Origin: Eledone cirrhosa
Lineage: Eukaryota
Length of the DNA: 64,000 bases
Direction of reading: 5' to 3'
Assembly (NCBI GenBank): GCA_964016885.1
Contig: OZ024744.1
Span: 124,744,001-124,808,000 of the forward strand
Made by a program: the position numbers and the translations under genes. The notes beneath the pieces are model-generated. The model saw only the letters and a list, made by a program, of their open reading frames with translations, was not told the DNA's origin and ran no database searches. This document shows positions 24,610 to 37,121 of this stretch, piece after piece; within the stretch, counting starts at the first letter, position 1, and every line of letters starts with the position of its first letter.

Positions 24610-25112
24610 AGTATTTATCTATACATGTATGTATATATAAAATATTGTCATGTTTACAAAAATATTTTTCTAATATCGTGTTTAATATTTTCTATTGTCG
24701 TCTGCTTCTCTTCTCACGTGGTTACTTACTCTCTCACCCTCTCTCTCTTTCCCCTCTCATACAACCCCTTCTTTCTCTTTCTTTCCCCTCTCACACAACC
24801 TCTTCTTTCTCTCTCTTTTTGCCAGTCCCTTCTCTCACTCTCTCTCCCTCTTCCTTTTTTATCTCTTTCTTTCTGTCTCTGTTTCCCTCCTATAGACATT
24901 CTCTCTCTCTCTTTCTGCTCTCACTCAGCCTTCTCTCTCTCTCTCTCTCTTTCCCCTCTCACACAGTCTTCTCTCTCTCTCTTTCCCCTCTCACACAGCA
25001 TTCTCTCTCTCTCTCTCTCTCTTTCCCCTCTCACACAGCATTCTCTCTCTCTCTCTCTCTTTATTTCCCCTCTCACACAGCCTTCTCTCTCTATCTATCT
25101 ATCTCTCTCTCT
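24020..25112. repeat. TA-rich then CT-rich low-complexity tracts
   Basis: Read directly. Confidence 0.95.
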
Positions 25113-26109
25113 GGAGATTTTTTAACACAAAGTCACACAAGGATTAGAAAAATGGCGATAATCACTTTGAAAGTAACAATTATGCAATAAATAGTTGTTA
25201 TTGCCACGTCTCGTATCCTCCTTTGGCAATGTGTAAAATGTTAGCGAGATCGAGTGAACAATACACAAGTTATAATACTTTACAGACGGGACTTATACAG
25301 TAGATGTAGCAAAATGCGTAGATTACGATTCTTGAGACGAGATTAAAATATACGATTATGGGATATTTTAAGAAGACGAGTAGATGTTTGAGTAGATTTA
25401 GCTGCTTTTTCTAGCATTTTTAGTTATACTTTGAAGCACATTTTTTTTGTTACTATTATATTAAAAGTTATCTGGTTACGTTATTTGACTGGTATTTCTA
25501 GCATTTTACAAGGACCACGTGTGTGTTTTATTTAAGGAAGATCTAGTTGTTATTTCTGATATTTTCTTCATCAAGTTAGTTGCTATTTCCTGCATCCTCT
25601 TGAAGACAAGAAATAATAATGAATTAGCTGCTGTTTCTAGTAGGTTCTATGGTAGTGATGAGCGTGGGAGGGAGGTTTGACTGCTATTTTTAGCAGGTTC
25701 TAAGGCATTGAGGTTTATGTTTTACGAGAGATTTGGCTGTTATTTCTAACATGTTATAATGGAGAGAGAGAGAGAGTATGATATACAGAGAGAGGGAGTA
25801 TAAGATATAGAGAGAGGGGAAACGGCCGATGTTTACGTTGAGAAAACCTAATAAAATGTTATAAATGGGTTTATAAAGAATAGAATGAGATAAACAAGAC
25901 AAAGTTAGATAAAATAAATCAGCTGTAAGGATATTATACGATATATTTATAATATTTTAATATATTTTTCCTGGTCGTCTGCTGCCATTGATAGAGAGAG
26001 GAGTGGTGGGAGGTAGCCATAACAACCGTGGTAGCAGCACTGAGGTTTGTTTTTAAAGAAGTGAATACAAGAAAAACAAGCAACTAAGAATATTAATCTC
26101 TTAAACCCT

Positions 26110-26711
26110 TCAAGATGTGTATGACAAGAAAGAAGACGTTTTAGAGTCGTATGACATAGATGATAACTGGAAATTCTTACGTGACAACTTACTGCAGGCT
26201 ACTGAAGAAACTTGTGGCTGGAGCAGAGCTCCGACCAGACAGAGAGTGACCTGGTGGTGGGACAACACGGTAGATAAGGCCATTAGAGACAAAAGACTAG
26301 CATGGAACACTTGAAAAAATGGTGGGAGTAGAGACCGATACACAGCTGCTAAGAGAGAAGCTAGACGTCAGATGTACTTAGCACGCACGGAGGCTGAGAG
26401 TAGGAGGTTTGCCAATGTTCTGTGATGGGAAGATCAGAGGCGTGCGGTGTTCCACATTGCAAGGCATGGTGTCAGTGTAAATCAGGATGTTGTTGGAGAT
26501 AAGTGTATCCGGAATGATGCCAGTGTACTTGGTGTCACGAATGATCAAAAAAAGGAGGCCTGGAAATATCATTATGAGAGGCTGATGAATTGTGGAGAAT
26601 GAATGGGAGAGAGGGAAACTATCCCCAGTAGACTCAACAGAGGGACCAGCTATTGAGATTGGGGAATATAGGGTACAAGAGGCAATTAAGGAAATGAAGA
26701 ATGGCAAGGCT
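26110..26711 (+). mobile_element. RTE-clade LINE fragment
   Basis: WKFLRDNLLQATEETCGW..TWWWDNTVDKAIRDKRLAW and EAIKEMKNGKA motifs. Confidence 0.8.
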
Positions 26712-26719
26712 ACATTTAA

Positions 26720-26940
26720 CCCTTTAGCATTTAAACCAGCCATACCTAGCCAGAATACTCTCACATCTTTCTGTTCAAACCAGCCATAACTGGCCACTCA
26801 TACTGACGTTAAGGTATTGTTCTCAATATAAATAATATCAAAATCTCATAGATTCGATATTATATGAGATAATTATGTAAGATAAAGCCTTTACCACAAA
26901 AATACAATAGTATATATAGAGTAATAAAAATGCTAAAGGG
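26720..26940. mobile_element. 221-bp MITE with CCCTTTAGCATTT terminal inverted repeats (piggyBac-like); copy at 30393-30613
   Basis: TTAA|CCCTTTAGCATTT...AAATGCTAAAGGG|TAAA. The right-hand TTAA target copy is imperfect. Confidence 0.75.
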
Positions 26941-27239
26941 TAAAAGTAGCTTATTATTTTGTGAGCTCTTGCTACTTATTGCTCTTGTGCATCAAGAACA
27001 TACACAGCTTACATTTTGTTGCTAATCTCACTGAGATCCAACTACATCTCTTGTTTATCCATAGTTTGGAATTTCTACCTACTCCTTTCCTTTAGAATGA
27101 TCAAGGCCATTTTCTTGTGGGGATCTAGGCCCTGTTTTCCTTTCTATTTTGCCAAGTTATCTTACATCACTTTCATTCTAGACCATGCTTCCAGGTTTGG
27201 AATTTCTCCTCTAATTTTACCACAGATTAAGTGACAAGG

Positions 27240-28830
27240 GTTCAATCATGTGCATACAGGAGTTCCCATGGACAGCCAGTAATATGTAATAGCCTGCAGG
27301 ATGATAATAAACAGAAGAGGGTTAATTACAGAGCCCTGATAGAGGGTTAATAACAGAGCCCTGATAGACTTGTTCACTCAACTCCTCACTATAGCCATCA
27401 TTACTTTTAACCTTACTGACTGCTCCTCCATACATGGCTTTTACTGCTCTCACAAGCCACTCATATACCCCTAGTTTTCTAAGTTATACACCAGATTAGG
27501 GAAGGGGGAAGTCTCACAGAAGCTCTCTCTGGGTCAACAAATGCCAAGTAGAGGGGCTTATTTTAGCTAGGTACTACTCTTGCAGTTGCCACACAAGGAA
27601 GAGGACATCAGTGGTACTTTTACCTGGCACAAATCCAAACTTCATCTCATCTAGGTTAACTTGGTCCCTAATCAGCTGTGTTATAAATCTAACACCTTCA
27701 TGAAGTGGTCCATCTAATATCTCTATAGTTTTCTAGCTCTAGTACATCTCCTTTGCCCTTGTAGCAGTTGATGATGATGATACTACACCATTTATTTGGT
27801 ATGACACCATTTTGTATTACATGCTGTACGATACCAGTGGTTAAGATGTGACCCACCATCCCAGATACTTTCAGTATCTCAGCAACTATCACCAATGGAC
27901 AAGATACTTTCTCTGTCTTCATATCCTTAATTACCTTACTTCATATCCTTAATTACCTTACTGCTTACTTGTATGGCTGGACCCTCTGTTGGGCCCACTT
28001 TCCGTAGACTATCTTCCTCCCATGCATTCTCCTCATTCAGTAATCTTTCATAAAGGCATTTCCATGTTACAAAGGTTGGCTGAAAAGTTCATAGACTATC
28101 AATGATAGCATGATGCTAGAGCTGTGAAATCTTGCCTGCATTAATTTCAACTCTTCTTATTAATAACTGCATTGTTTCCTTCCAGGGACTATGTTGAAAA
28201 ATAAACCTCATTTGGTCATTCCATGAGTGTATCTTGGTCTGCCTATGAACTTTTCAGCTGACCCTATTCAGCATCAGTGAGCCCAAATGCCCCATTATCA
28301 TCCTGGACACACTTTACCCCAACATCACAATTTGCCCTCACACACTGCCTCACAATCCTGAACATCTCATGTATTTCATCCTCACATCATAAAACCAACT
28401 GAAATTATATATTCTCTGCTTCCCTCCTTGCAAAGAATACTTCTTGCCTAGCTTCCTGTAGTGTACCCTCCAGCTGCCTCCATTCTGCCATTATTCCATG
28501 CCTGTCTCTTGGCCTTAACTGTCTCATCTACCCTAGTGTTTCACCACCAAGATACTCTCCTCTCTGAAGCCCTGCTCCAGCCACAGATCTAGTTTGACAC
28601 CTTCAGCAAAGGTTCTTTAAGGAACTCCCACTGTTCCCCTATATTGTATGTTTCTATTTGTTCTTCCTTACTGTTGTAAAGATCAAACAAAATATCTCTA
28701 AATTTGGAACTGGCTGAGGGGTCCTTTAACTTCCATATCCTTCTCCTCCAAGTTGCCCTCAGTCTTCAAGTTCATCTAAGTCTATGAAATCACTAACTAC
28801 TGGGTTATGTTGGGAGGTGCATTCTTCCCC
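27240..28830 (-). mobile_element. Degenerate RTE-clade LINE (RT region); copy at +3673
   Basis: IVAEILKVSG...IPNKWCSIIIINCYKGKGDVLELENYRDI and FGFVPGKSTTD motifs. Confidence 0.8.
28068..28268. mobile_element. Mariner-like MITE nested in the RTE fragment; copy at 31741-31941
   Basis: Inverted termini ggctgaaaagttcatagac ... gcctatgaacttttcagct. Confidence 0.7.
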
Positions 28831-28978
28831 AGGGGGTGGGGATTGTGTGTTTACAAATGTCAATATCTCATCTTCTGGTGAGGATAAAAATCTGACTGGC
28901 ATGCTCCTCTGACCAATAGGTGTTGAAGTGGTTGTCGGGTAAACGTTAAGACCCTCTGATATACATATATATATATAT

Positions 28979-29010
28979 ACTAGCAGTGGTACCCGGCGTT
29001 GCACGGGATA
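28979..29010 (-). mobile_element. Helitron-like 3' terminus; copy at +3673
   Basis: Minus strand cccgtgcaacgccggg hairpin followed by CTAGT, next to a (TA)n run. Confidence 0.5.
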
Positions 29011-29399
29011 ACGTATTTCGGAACGCGGGCCGCCATCTTCCACTTCAGCCGGTCGCCCTAAAGTGTTGGCTATTCAGTCTACTTGAGGCCAGTTGGTGAG
29101 GGGGGGTAAAGCTTTCAGTGTGCTACTACCCTCACGGTCAAATAGAAAGGGAGAGGAAGAAAAGTCAGCGTTAATATCGTGCTACACGTTTGAAAGGTTG
29201 GATGACCTTAGAGTTCACCAGGGTGGGGGGTTCTAAAAGTATCTATCTTGGTATTTTATCTTAGAAGTAATCATTACAGAGTGTACTGGGTGTATTTTAG
29301 TGGGCAGTAATTCCATAAAGAACACAGTATAATCTGTGGACACAAGCCTTGCAGTGTGATTACAGGCAGGTTAATGGGAAAGATAGATTATATATGTGA

Positions 29400-30069
29400 C
29401 ATGATGTACATGAGAAGTGAGGACACAGACCACACATGAAATAGATTCCTACAACTGTCAGGGAGGCTCCCTAGAATTACAGATGACATATTTCAATATC
29501 TCGGTGATCAAGTTAGCAGTGGAGGAAGAATCTCTAAAAGTGTAATACCCAGGATAAGGACAGGCTGGAAGAAGTTTAGAGTACTGTTCCATCTGTTGAC
29601 AACAAAGGGCTTCTCTCTCAGAATGGAGGCTAGACTGCTTGATACTTATGTGTGGTCTGCAATCTACACCCCAGCCATGCCCCTTCCACTACCACTCCTT
29701 AGCTATTTCTCTCCATTAATACTCCTCACATTTCAAGCAGTTTTCTCATCTCAATGAAAGAAAAATATTGGGCTCAAGAGAAGTCTTCAGTTATGCCATG
29801 GTGTGGCAACCTCCCTAGGGTTGGGCAGAGTGTAAATGAGAGTGAAATTAGGTATGAGAGGGATCAGATGCAGTATACAAGAGAGTAGATTACATTGGTA
29901 TGGTCATGTGATGGGTATAAAGGATGACAGCTGTATAAAAATGTGCTGGGCAATCAAAGTTGATGGAAGTTATGAAGGCGGAAGACCCAGGATGACCTGG
30001 GATGAGGTGATAAAAGATGACTTTGCACAATTGCAACTCTCAAAGACAATGACACAGGATAGAGATCTT
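29400..30069 (+). mobile_element. RTE LINE C-terminal fragment; copy at +3673
   Basis: FQYLGD, RIRTGWKKFR and IQESRLHWYGHVM..GRPRMTWDEVIKDD motifs. Confidence 0.75.
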
Positions 30070-33000
30070 ATTTATGTTTATTTACGTTTAGCGTAATCGA
30101 TTTGTTTTCGATTTGTTTCCATATCACCACGCGTTTTATTTCATAGTCATAGTTATCAAGTTAGAAAACAAATGAAGTTCAGGGGGCCGACACTACCGAC
30201 TTTCTTAAAGAAAAACAATTTAACGCGGGTAACTACAAGATAGGCATCAGTAGTAGTAGCTCCCTAAACTGTTTCCATCCCATTCTCACTCAGGCTACTG
30301 TACCTTCAGAACACCCACCTCCACTGTTAATTTGGTTAATTAAGTTAACAGAAATTATGAACCGGTTTCTACAGAGCCTTCTGGACATTTAACCCTTTAG
30401 CATTTAAACCAGCCATACCTAGCCAGAATACTCTCACATCTTTCTGTTCAAACCAGCCATAACTGGCCACTCATACTGACGTTAAGGTATTGTTCTCAAT
30501 ATAAATAATATCAAAATCTCATAGATTCGATATTATATGAGATAATTATGTAAGATAAAGCCTTTACCACAAAAATACAATAGTATATATAGAGTAATAA
30601 AAATGCTAAAGGGTAAAAGTAGCTTATTATTTTGTGAGCTCTTGCTACTTATTGCTCTTGTGCATCAAGAACATACACAGCTTACATTTTGTTGCTAATC
30701 TCACTGAGATCCAACTACATCTCTTGTTTATCCATAGTTTGGAATTTCTACCTACTCCTTTCCTTTAGAATGATCAAGGCCATTTTCTTGTGGGGATCTA
30801 GGCCCTGTTTTCCTTTCTATTTTGCCAAGTTATCTTACATCACTTTCATTCTAGACCATGCTTCCAGGTTTGGAATTTCTCCTCTAATTTTACCACAGAT
30901 TAAGTGACAAGGGTTCAATCATGTGCATACAGGAGTTCCCATGGACAGCCAGTAATATGTAATAGCCTGCAGGATGATAATAAACAGAAGAGGGTTAATT
31001 ACAGAGCCCTGATAGAGGGTTAATAACAGAGCCCTGATAGACTTGTTCACTCAACTCCTCACTATAGCCATCATTACTTTTAACCTTACTGACTGCTCCT
31101 CCATACATGGCTTTTACTGCTCTCACAAGCCACTCATATACCCCTAGTTTTCTAAGTTATACACCAGATTAGGGAAGGGGGAAGTCTCACAGAAGCTCTC
31201 TCTGGGTCAACAAATGCCAAGTAGAGGGGCTTATTTTAGCTAGGTACTACTCTTGCAGTTGCCACACAAGGAAGAGGACATCAGTGGTACTTTTACCTGG
31301 CACAAATCCAAACTTCATCTCATCTAGGTTAACTTGGTCCCTAATCAGCTGTGTTATAAATCTAACACCTTCATGAAGTGGTCCATCTAATATCTCTATA
31401 GTTTTCTAGCTCTAGTACATCTCCTTTGCCCTTGTAGCAGTTGATGATGATGATACTACACCATTTATTTGGTATGACACCATTTTGTATTACATGCTGT
31501 ACAATACCAGTGGTTAAGATGTGACCCACCATCCCAGATACTTTCAGTATCTCAGCAACTATCACCAATGGACAAGATACTTTCTCTGTCTTCATATCCT
31601 TAATTACCTTACTTCATATCCTTAATTACCTTACTGCTTACTTGTATGGCTGGACCCTCTGTTGGGCCCACTTTCCGTAGACTATCTTCCTCCCATGCAT
31701 TCTCCTCATTCAGTAATCTTTCATAAAGGCATTTCCATGTTACAAAGGTTGGCTGAAAAGTTCATAGACTATCAATGATAGCATGATGCTAGAGCTGTGA
31801 AATCTTGCCTGCATTAATTTCAACTCTTCTTATTAATAACTGCATTGTTTCCTTCCAGGGACTATGTTGAAAAATAAACCTCATTTGGTCATTCCATGAG
31901 TGTATCTTGGTCTGCCTATGAACTTTTCAGCTGACCCTATTCAGCATCAGTGAGCCCAAATGCCCCATTATCATTCTGGACACACTTTACCCCAACATCA
32001 CAATTTGCCCTCACACACTGCCTCACAATCCTGAACATCTCATGTATTTCATCCTCACATCATAAAACCAACTGAAATTATATATTCTCTGCTTCCCTCC
32101 TTGCAAAGAATACTTCTTGCCTAGCTTCCTGTAGTGTACCCTCCAGCTGCCTCCATTCTGCCATTATTCCATGCCTGTCTCTTGGCCTTAACTGTCTCAT
32201 CTACCCTAGTGTTTCACCACCAAGATACTCTCCTCTCTGAAGCCCTGCTCCAGCCACAGATCTAGTTTGACACCTTCAGCAAAGGTTCTTTAAGGAACTC
32301 CCACTGTTCCCCTATATTGTATGTTTCTATTTGTTCTTCCTTACTGTTGTAAAGATCAAACAAAATATCTCTAAATTTGGAACTGGCTGAGGGGTCCTTT
32401 AACTTCCATATCCTTCTCCTCCAAGTTGCCCTCAGTCTTCAAGTTCATCTAAGTCTATGAAATCACTAACTACTGGGTTATGTTGGGAGGTGCATTCTTC
32501 CCCAGGGGGTGGGGATTGTGTGTTTACAAATGTCAATATCTCATCTTCTGGTGAGGATAAAAATCTGACTGGCATGCTCCTCTGACCAATAGGTGTTGAA
32601 GTGGTTGTCGGGTAAACGTTAAGACCCTCTGATATACATATATATATATATACTAGCAGTGGTACCCGGCGTTGCACGGGATAACGTATTTCGGAACGCG
32701 GGCCGCCATCTTCCACTTCAGCCGGTCGCCCTAAAGTGTTGGCTATTCAGTCTACTTGAGGCCAGTTGGTGAGGGGGGGTAAAGCTTTCAGTGTGCTACT
32801 ACCCTCACGGTCAAATAGAAAGGGAGAGGAAGAAAAGTCAGCGTTAATATCGTGCTACACGTTTGAAAGGTTGGATGACCTTAGAGTTCACCAGGGTGGG
32901 GGGTTCTAAAAGTATCTATCTTGGTATTTTATCTTAGAAGTAATCATTACAGAGTGTACTGGGTGTATTTTAGTGGGCAGTAATTCCATAAAGAACACAG

Positions 33001-33874
33001 TATAATCTGTGGACACAAGCCTTGCAGTGTGATTACAGGCAGGTTAATGGGAAAGATAGATTATATATGTGACATGATGTACATGAGAAGTGAGGACACA
33101 GACCACACATGAAATAGATTCCTACAACTGTCAGGGAGGCTCCCTAGAATTACAGATGACATATTTCAATATCTCGGTGATCAAGTTAGCAGTGGAGGAA
33201 GAATCTCTAAAAGTGTAATACCCAGGATAAGGACAGGCTGGAAGAAGTTTAGAGTACTGTTCCATCTGTTGACAACAAAGGGCTTCTCTCTCAGAATGGA
33301 GGCTAGACTGCTTGATACTTATGTGTGGTCTGCAATCTACACCCCAGCCATGCCCCTTCCACTACCACTCCTTAGCTATTTCTCTCCATTAATACTCCTC
33401 ACATTTCAAGCAGTTTTCTCATCTCAATGAAAGAAAAATATTGGGCTCAAGAGAAGTCTTCAGTTATGCCATGGTGTGGCAACCTCCCTAGGGTTGGGCA
33501 GAGTGTAAATGAGAGTGAAATTAGGTATGAGAGGGATCAGATGCAGTATACAAGAGAGTAGATTACATTGGTATGGTCATGTGATGGGTATAAAGGATGA
33601 CAGCTGTATAAAAATGTGCTGGGCAATCAAAGTTGATGGAAGTTATGAAGGCGGAAGACCCAGGATGACCTGGGATGAGGTGATAAAAGATGACTTTGCA
33701 CAATTGCAACTCTCAAAGACAATGACACAGGATAGAGATCTTGAGATGTATGCAGCAATACAGAAGGCCTGCTTTCCAATGTGCACGGACTCAAACATAC
33801 ATCTAGTAGGCCCCTCCTAACCACTATACTCCTTTCCAAACTCCCACACTCCCACTTCTGTACACACCACCTTT

Positions 33875-34585
33875 AGACTGTAAAGTGGTAGTGTACAAGT
33901 CACAACAAAAGCACCCAGTCCACTCTGTAAAGTTGATGTGTTGGTGTCATAACAAAAGGCACTCAGTCCACTCTGTAAAGAGGTTGTGTAAGTGTCACAA
34001 CAAAGACATCTAGTCCACACTGTAAAGTGGTCATGTAGGTGTCACAACAAAAAGTACCAGTCATTATTGTAAAGTGGTTGTATAGGTGTCATAACAAAAA
34101 GCACCCAGTCGACACTGTAAAGTGGTTGTGTAGGTGTCAGAACCAAAAGCACCCAGTCCACACTGTAAAGTGGTTGTGTAGGTGTCATGACAAAAAGCAC
34201 CTAGTCCACACTGTAAAGTGGTCATGCAGGTGTCATGACAAAAAGCACCCAGTCCTCACTGTAAAGTGGTCATGTAGGTGTCATGTCAAAAAGCACCCAG
34301 TCCACCCTGTAAAGTGGTTGTGTAGGTGTCATGATAAAAAGCACCCAGTCCACACAGTAAAGTGGTCATGTAGGTGTCACTAAAAAAGCACCCAGTCTAC
34401 TCTGTAAAGTGGTCATGTAGGTGTCATGACAAATAGCACCCAGTCCACCCTGTAAAGTGTTCATGTAGGTGTCATGACGGAGAGTAACCAGTCCACAATG
34501 TAAAGTAGCCATGTAGCTGTCACAACAAAGCACCCAGTCCACACTGTAAAGTGGTCATGTAGGTGTCATTTCAAAAAGCACCCAG
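33875..34585. repeat. 51-bp minisatellite
   Basis: aaaaagcacccagtccacactgtaaagtggtcatgtaggtgtcatgac repeats, giving a 17-aa periodic ORF. Confidence 0.92.
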
Positions 34586-34659
34586 GTCCATGGCTTGGCC
34601 TGCTAACCGACGCTATACCCAAGTCGGTCGCCATGCTTTCCAGCATAGAGTTACGTCTC

Positions 34660-34790
34660 TTTATGGTCTGAGTTCAAATCACGCCGAGGTTAACTTTGCC
34701 TTTCATCCTTACGGGGTCGATAAAATAAAGCACCAGTAATGTACTGGGGTCGATTTAATCGACTTTCCCCTCCTCTGCCAAATGACACAC
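34660..34790 (+). mobile_element. tRNA-derived SINE fragment; related pieces at ~4650-4790, 8280-8430, 15000-15060 (minus) and 15286-15340
   Basis: B-box-like gagttcaaatc followed by aactttgcctttcatcct..ggggtcgataaaataaag.accagt..tactggggtc, seen several times dispersed. Confidence 0.7.
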
Positions 34791-34815
34791 ACATGCATGG
34801 TTCGGGGGAACCTAC

Positions 34816-34869
<54 letters not shown>

Positions 34870-35747
34870 GTAGGTCACTGGTTGAGTCGGTATTAACCAC
34901 AGTAACTAAGGTACTCAATACATATTAGATATAGGTGTCTTTCTAATTGCTGGCCTTGTTCATAAGGTATACACAAGTATGATGTGTGTCTGTTTAACTG
35001 TACGTGTGAAAACATCGCGAAATTGCGCCTTTTAATATTTGAATATAAACAGTTAAAAAATAATTATTTTAGTAATTTTTAAATATCGATAATGTGTATA
35101 TAAATATTAGAAATCAATTTAATTAGTTCAGTAACATTACTCGGAGTTAAGATAAACCTTCATTTGAAGAAATTCGAGATTTGACCAAATAAATAGATTA
35201 TGTGATCAATAAAAAAAATATGTATACGCGCTTGAACGACGGGTTGCAGACAGTCAGGCATACAGACACATATTTTAAAGCGTGCGACGTTAAAAGTCTT
35301 ACTCTCTCTCTTTTTAGATAGATAGACTTAATTAAAGCAGTTTCACTCTCTCTATATTTCATCAGCTCCCTCTCTCTTAAATTGAAAGATTCATTAAGGC
35401 TGAAATAATCTAAACAGTAACATCATATTCGCCAGCTCTAGCTTGCGTCCAGAGATATACACACACATATATATATATTTTTTTTGTTATCGAGTTGAGC
35501 TTTGCCAAGCATAGAATTCCAAATTTGACCATCTCCACTGAAAATGTTCGTGAAATAGTCTTTAAGAAGCAATTTAATTTTTTCCAACTGAAACTGTAAG
35601 TATTTTAAAATTTATTTCAACATGGTCTTAAAAGATTGTTGGCTTTTTTTAAATTCATAACTATTTACTATGAAATATAAATTATTAAATCCAATTTATT
35701 TGATAACCATGATTTGATTTTATAATTACCTGAATCACGTTAACATG

Positions 35748-35788
<41 letters not shown>

Positions 35789-36041
35789 GTGTGTGTATAT
35801 ATATATATATATAATAATTGTTTCTACGTTACGCAGTGTATTACTGGTACTGTATTTTACGATATTAAATATTAAATATTAACTATTAGATATTAAATAT
35901 TAAATATTAGATATTAGATATTAAATATTAAATATGATATCCCTGAAATATATATAATGAAATAAATATGGTTTTATAAATGTAATTTCCATTTGTTTAA
36001 TATCAAATATATATATATATATATATATGTATTTATGTATA

Positions 36042-36096
<55 letters not shown>

Positions 36097-36325
36097 GAGG
36101 CAGACACAGACACAGAATATCGTATATATCACACACACACAATTAAGACTTGACGTGTTGCAGACAGCCAGACATACAGAGAGATATTTTAAAGCGTGCG
36201 ACCTTAAATGCCTTACTCTTTCTCTTATCAAAAGAGAAAGAGTAATGCTAACACTTACGTCTACTTCACGCTCTCTTGAACCGTTACAGAAATTGCATCA
36301 CATCTAATTATAACTTTGTACGTTT

Positions 36326-36971
<646 letters not shown>

Positions 36972-37121
36972 ATAATAATAATAATAATAATGAAATGATT
37001 GTGTACAGTGCTCAGGTGCACTACAACTCATCAAAGGTGCATGTATAGTACATAGAATAATGTACAAACATCAGTAAAATGAACAGTGCACACATGTGTG
37101 CATGTGTATGGAAGGGGCACA

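Larger units (their letters stand above)
26712..33742. repeat. 3358-bp direct duplication (26712-30069 and 30385-33742, period 3673)
   Basis: Identical ORFs at +3673 (27016/30689, 27698/31371, 28759/32432, 29836/33509), with a 315-bp unique spacer. Confidence 0.97.

Noticed and set aside
34039-34383. Cys/His-rich periodic ORF resembling a zinc finger or metallothionein
   Set aside because: Translation of a 51-bp minisatellite, with stops in neighbouring units and no C2H2 spacing.
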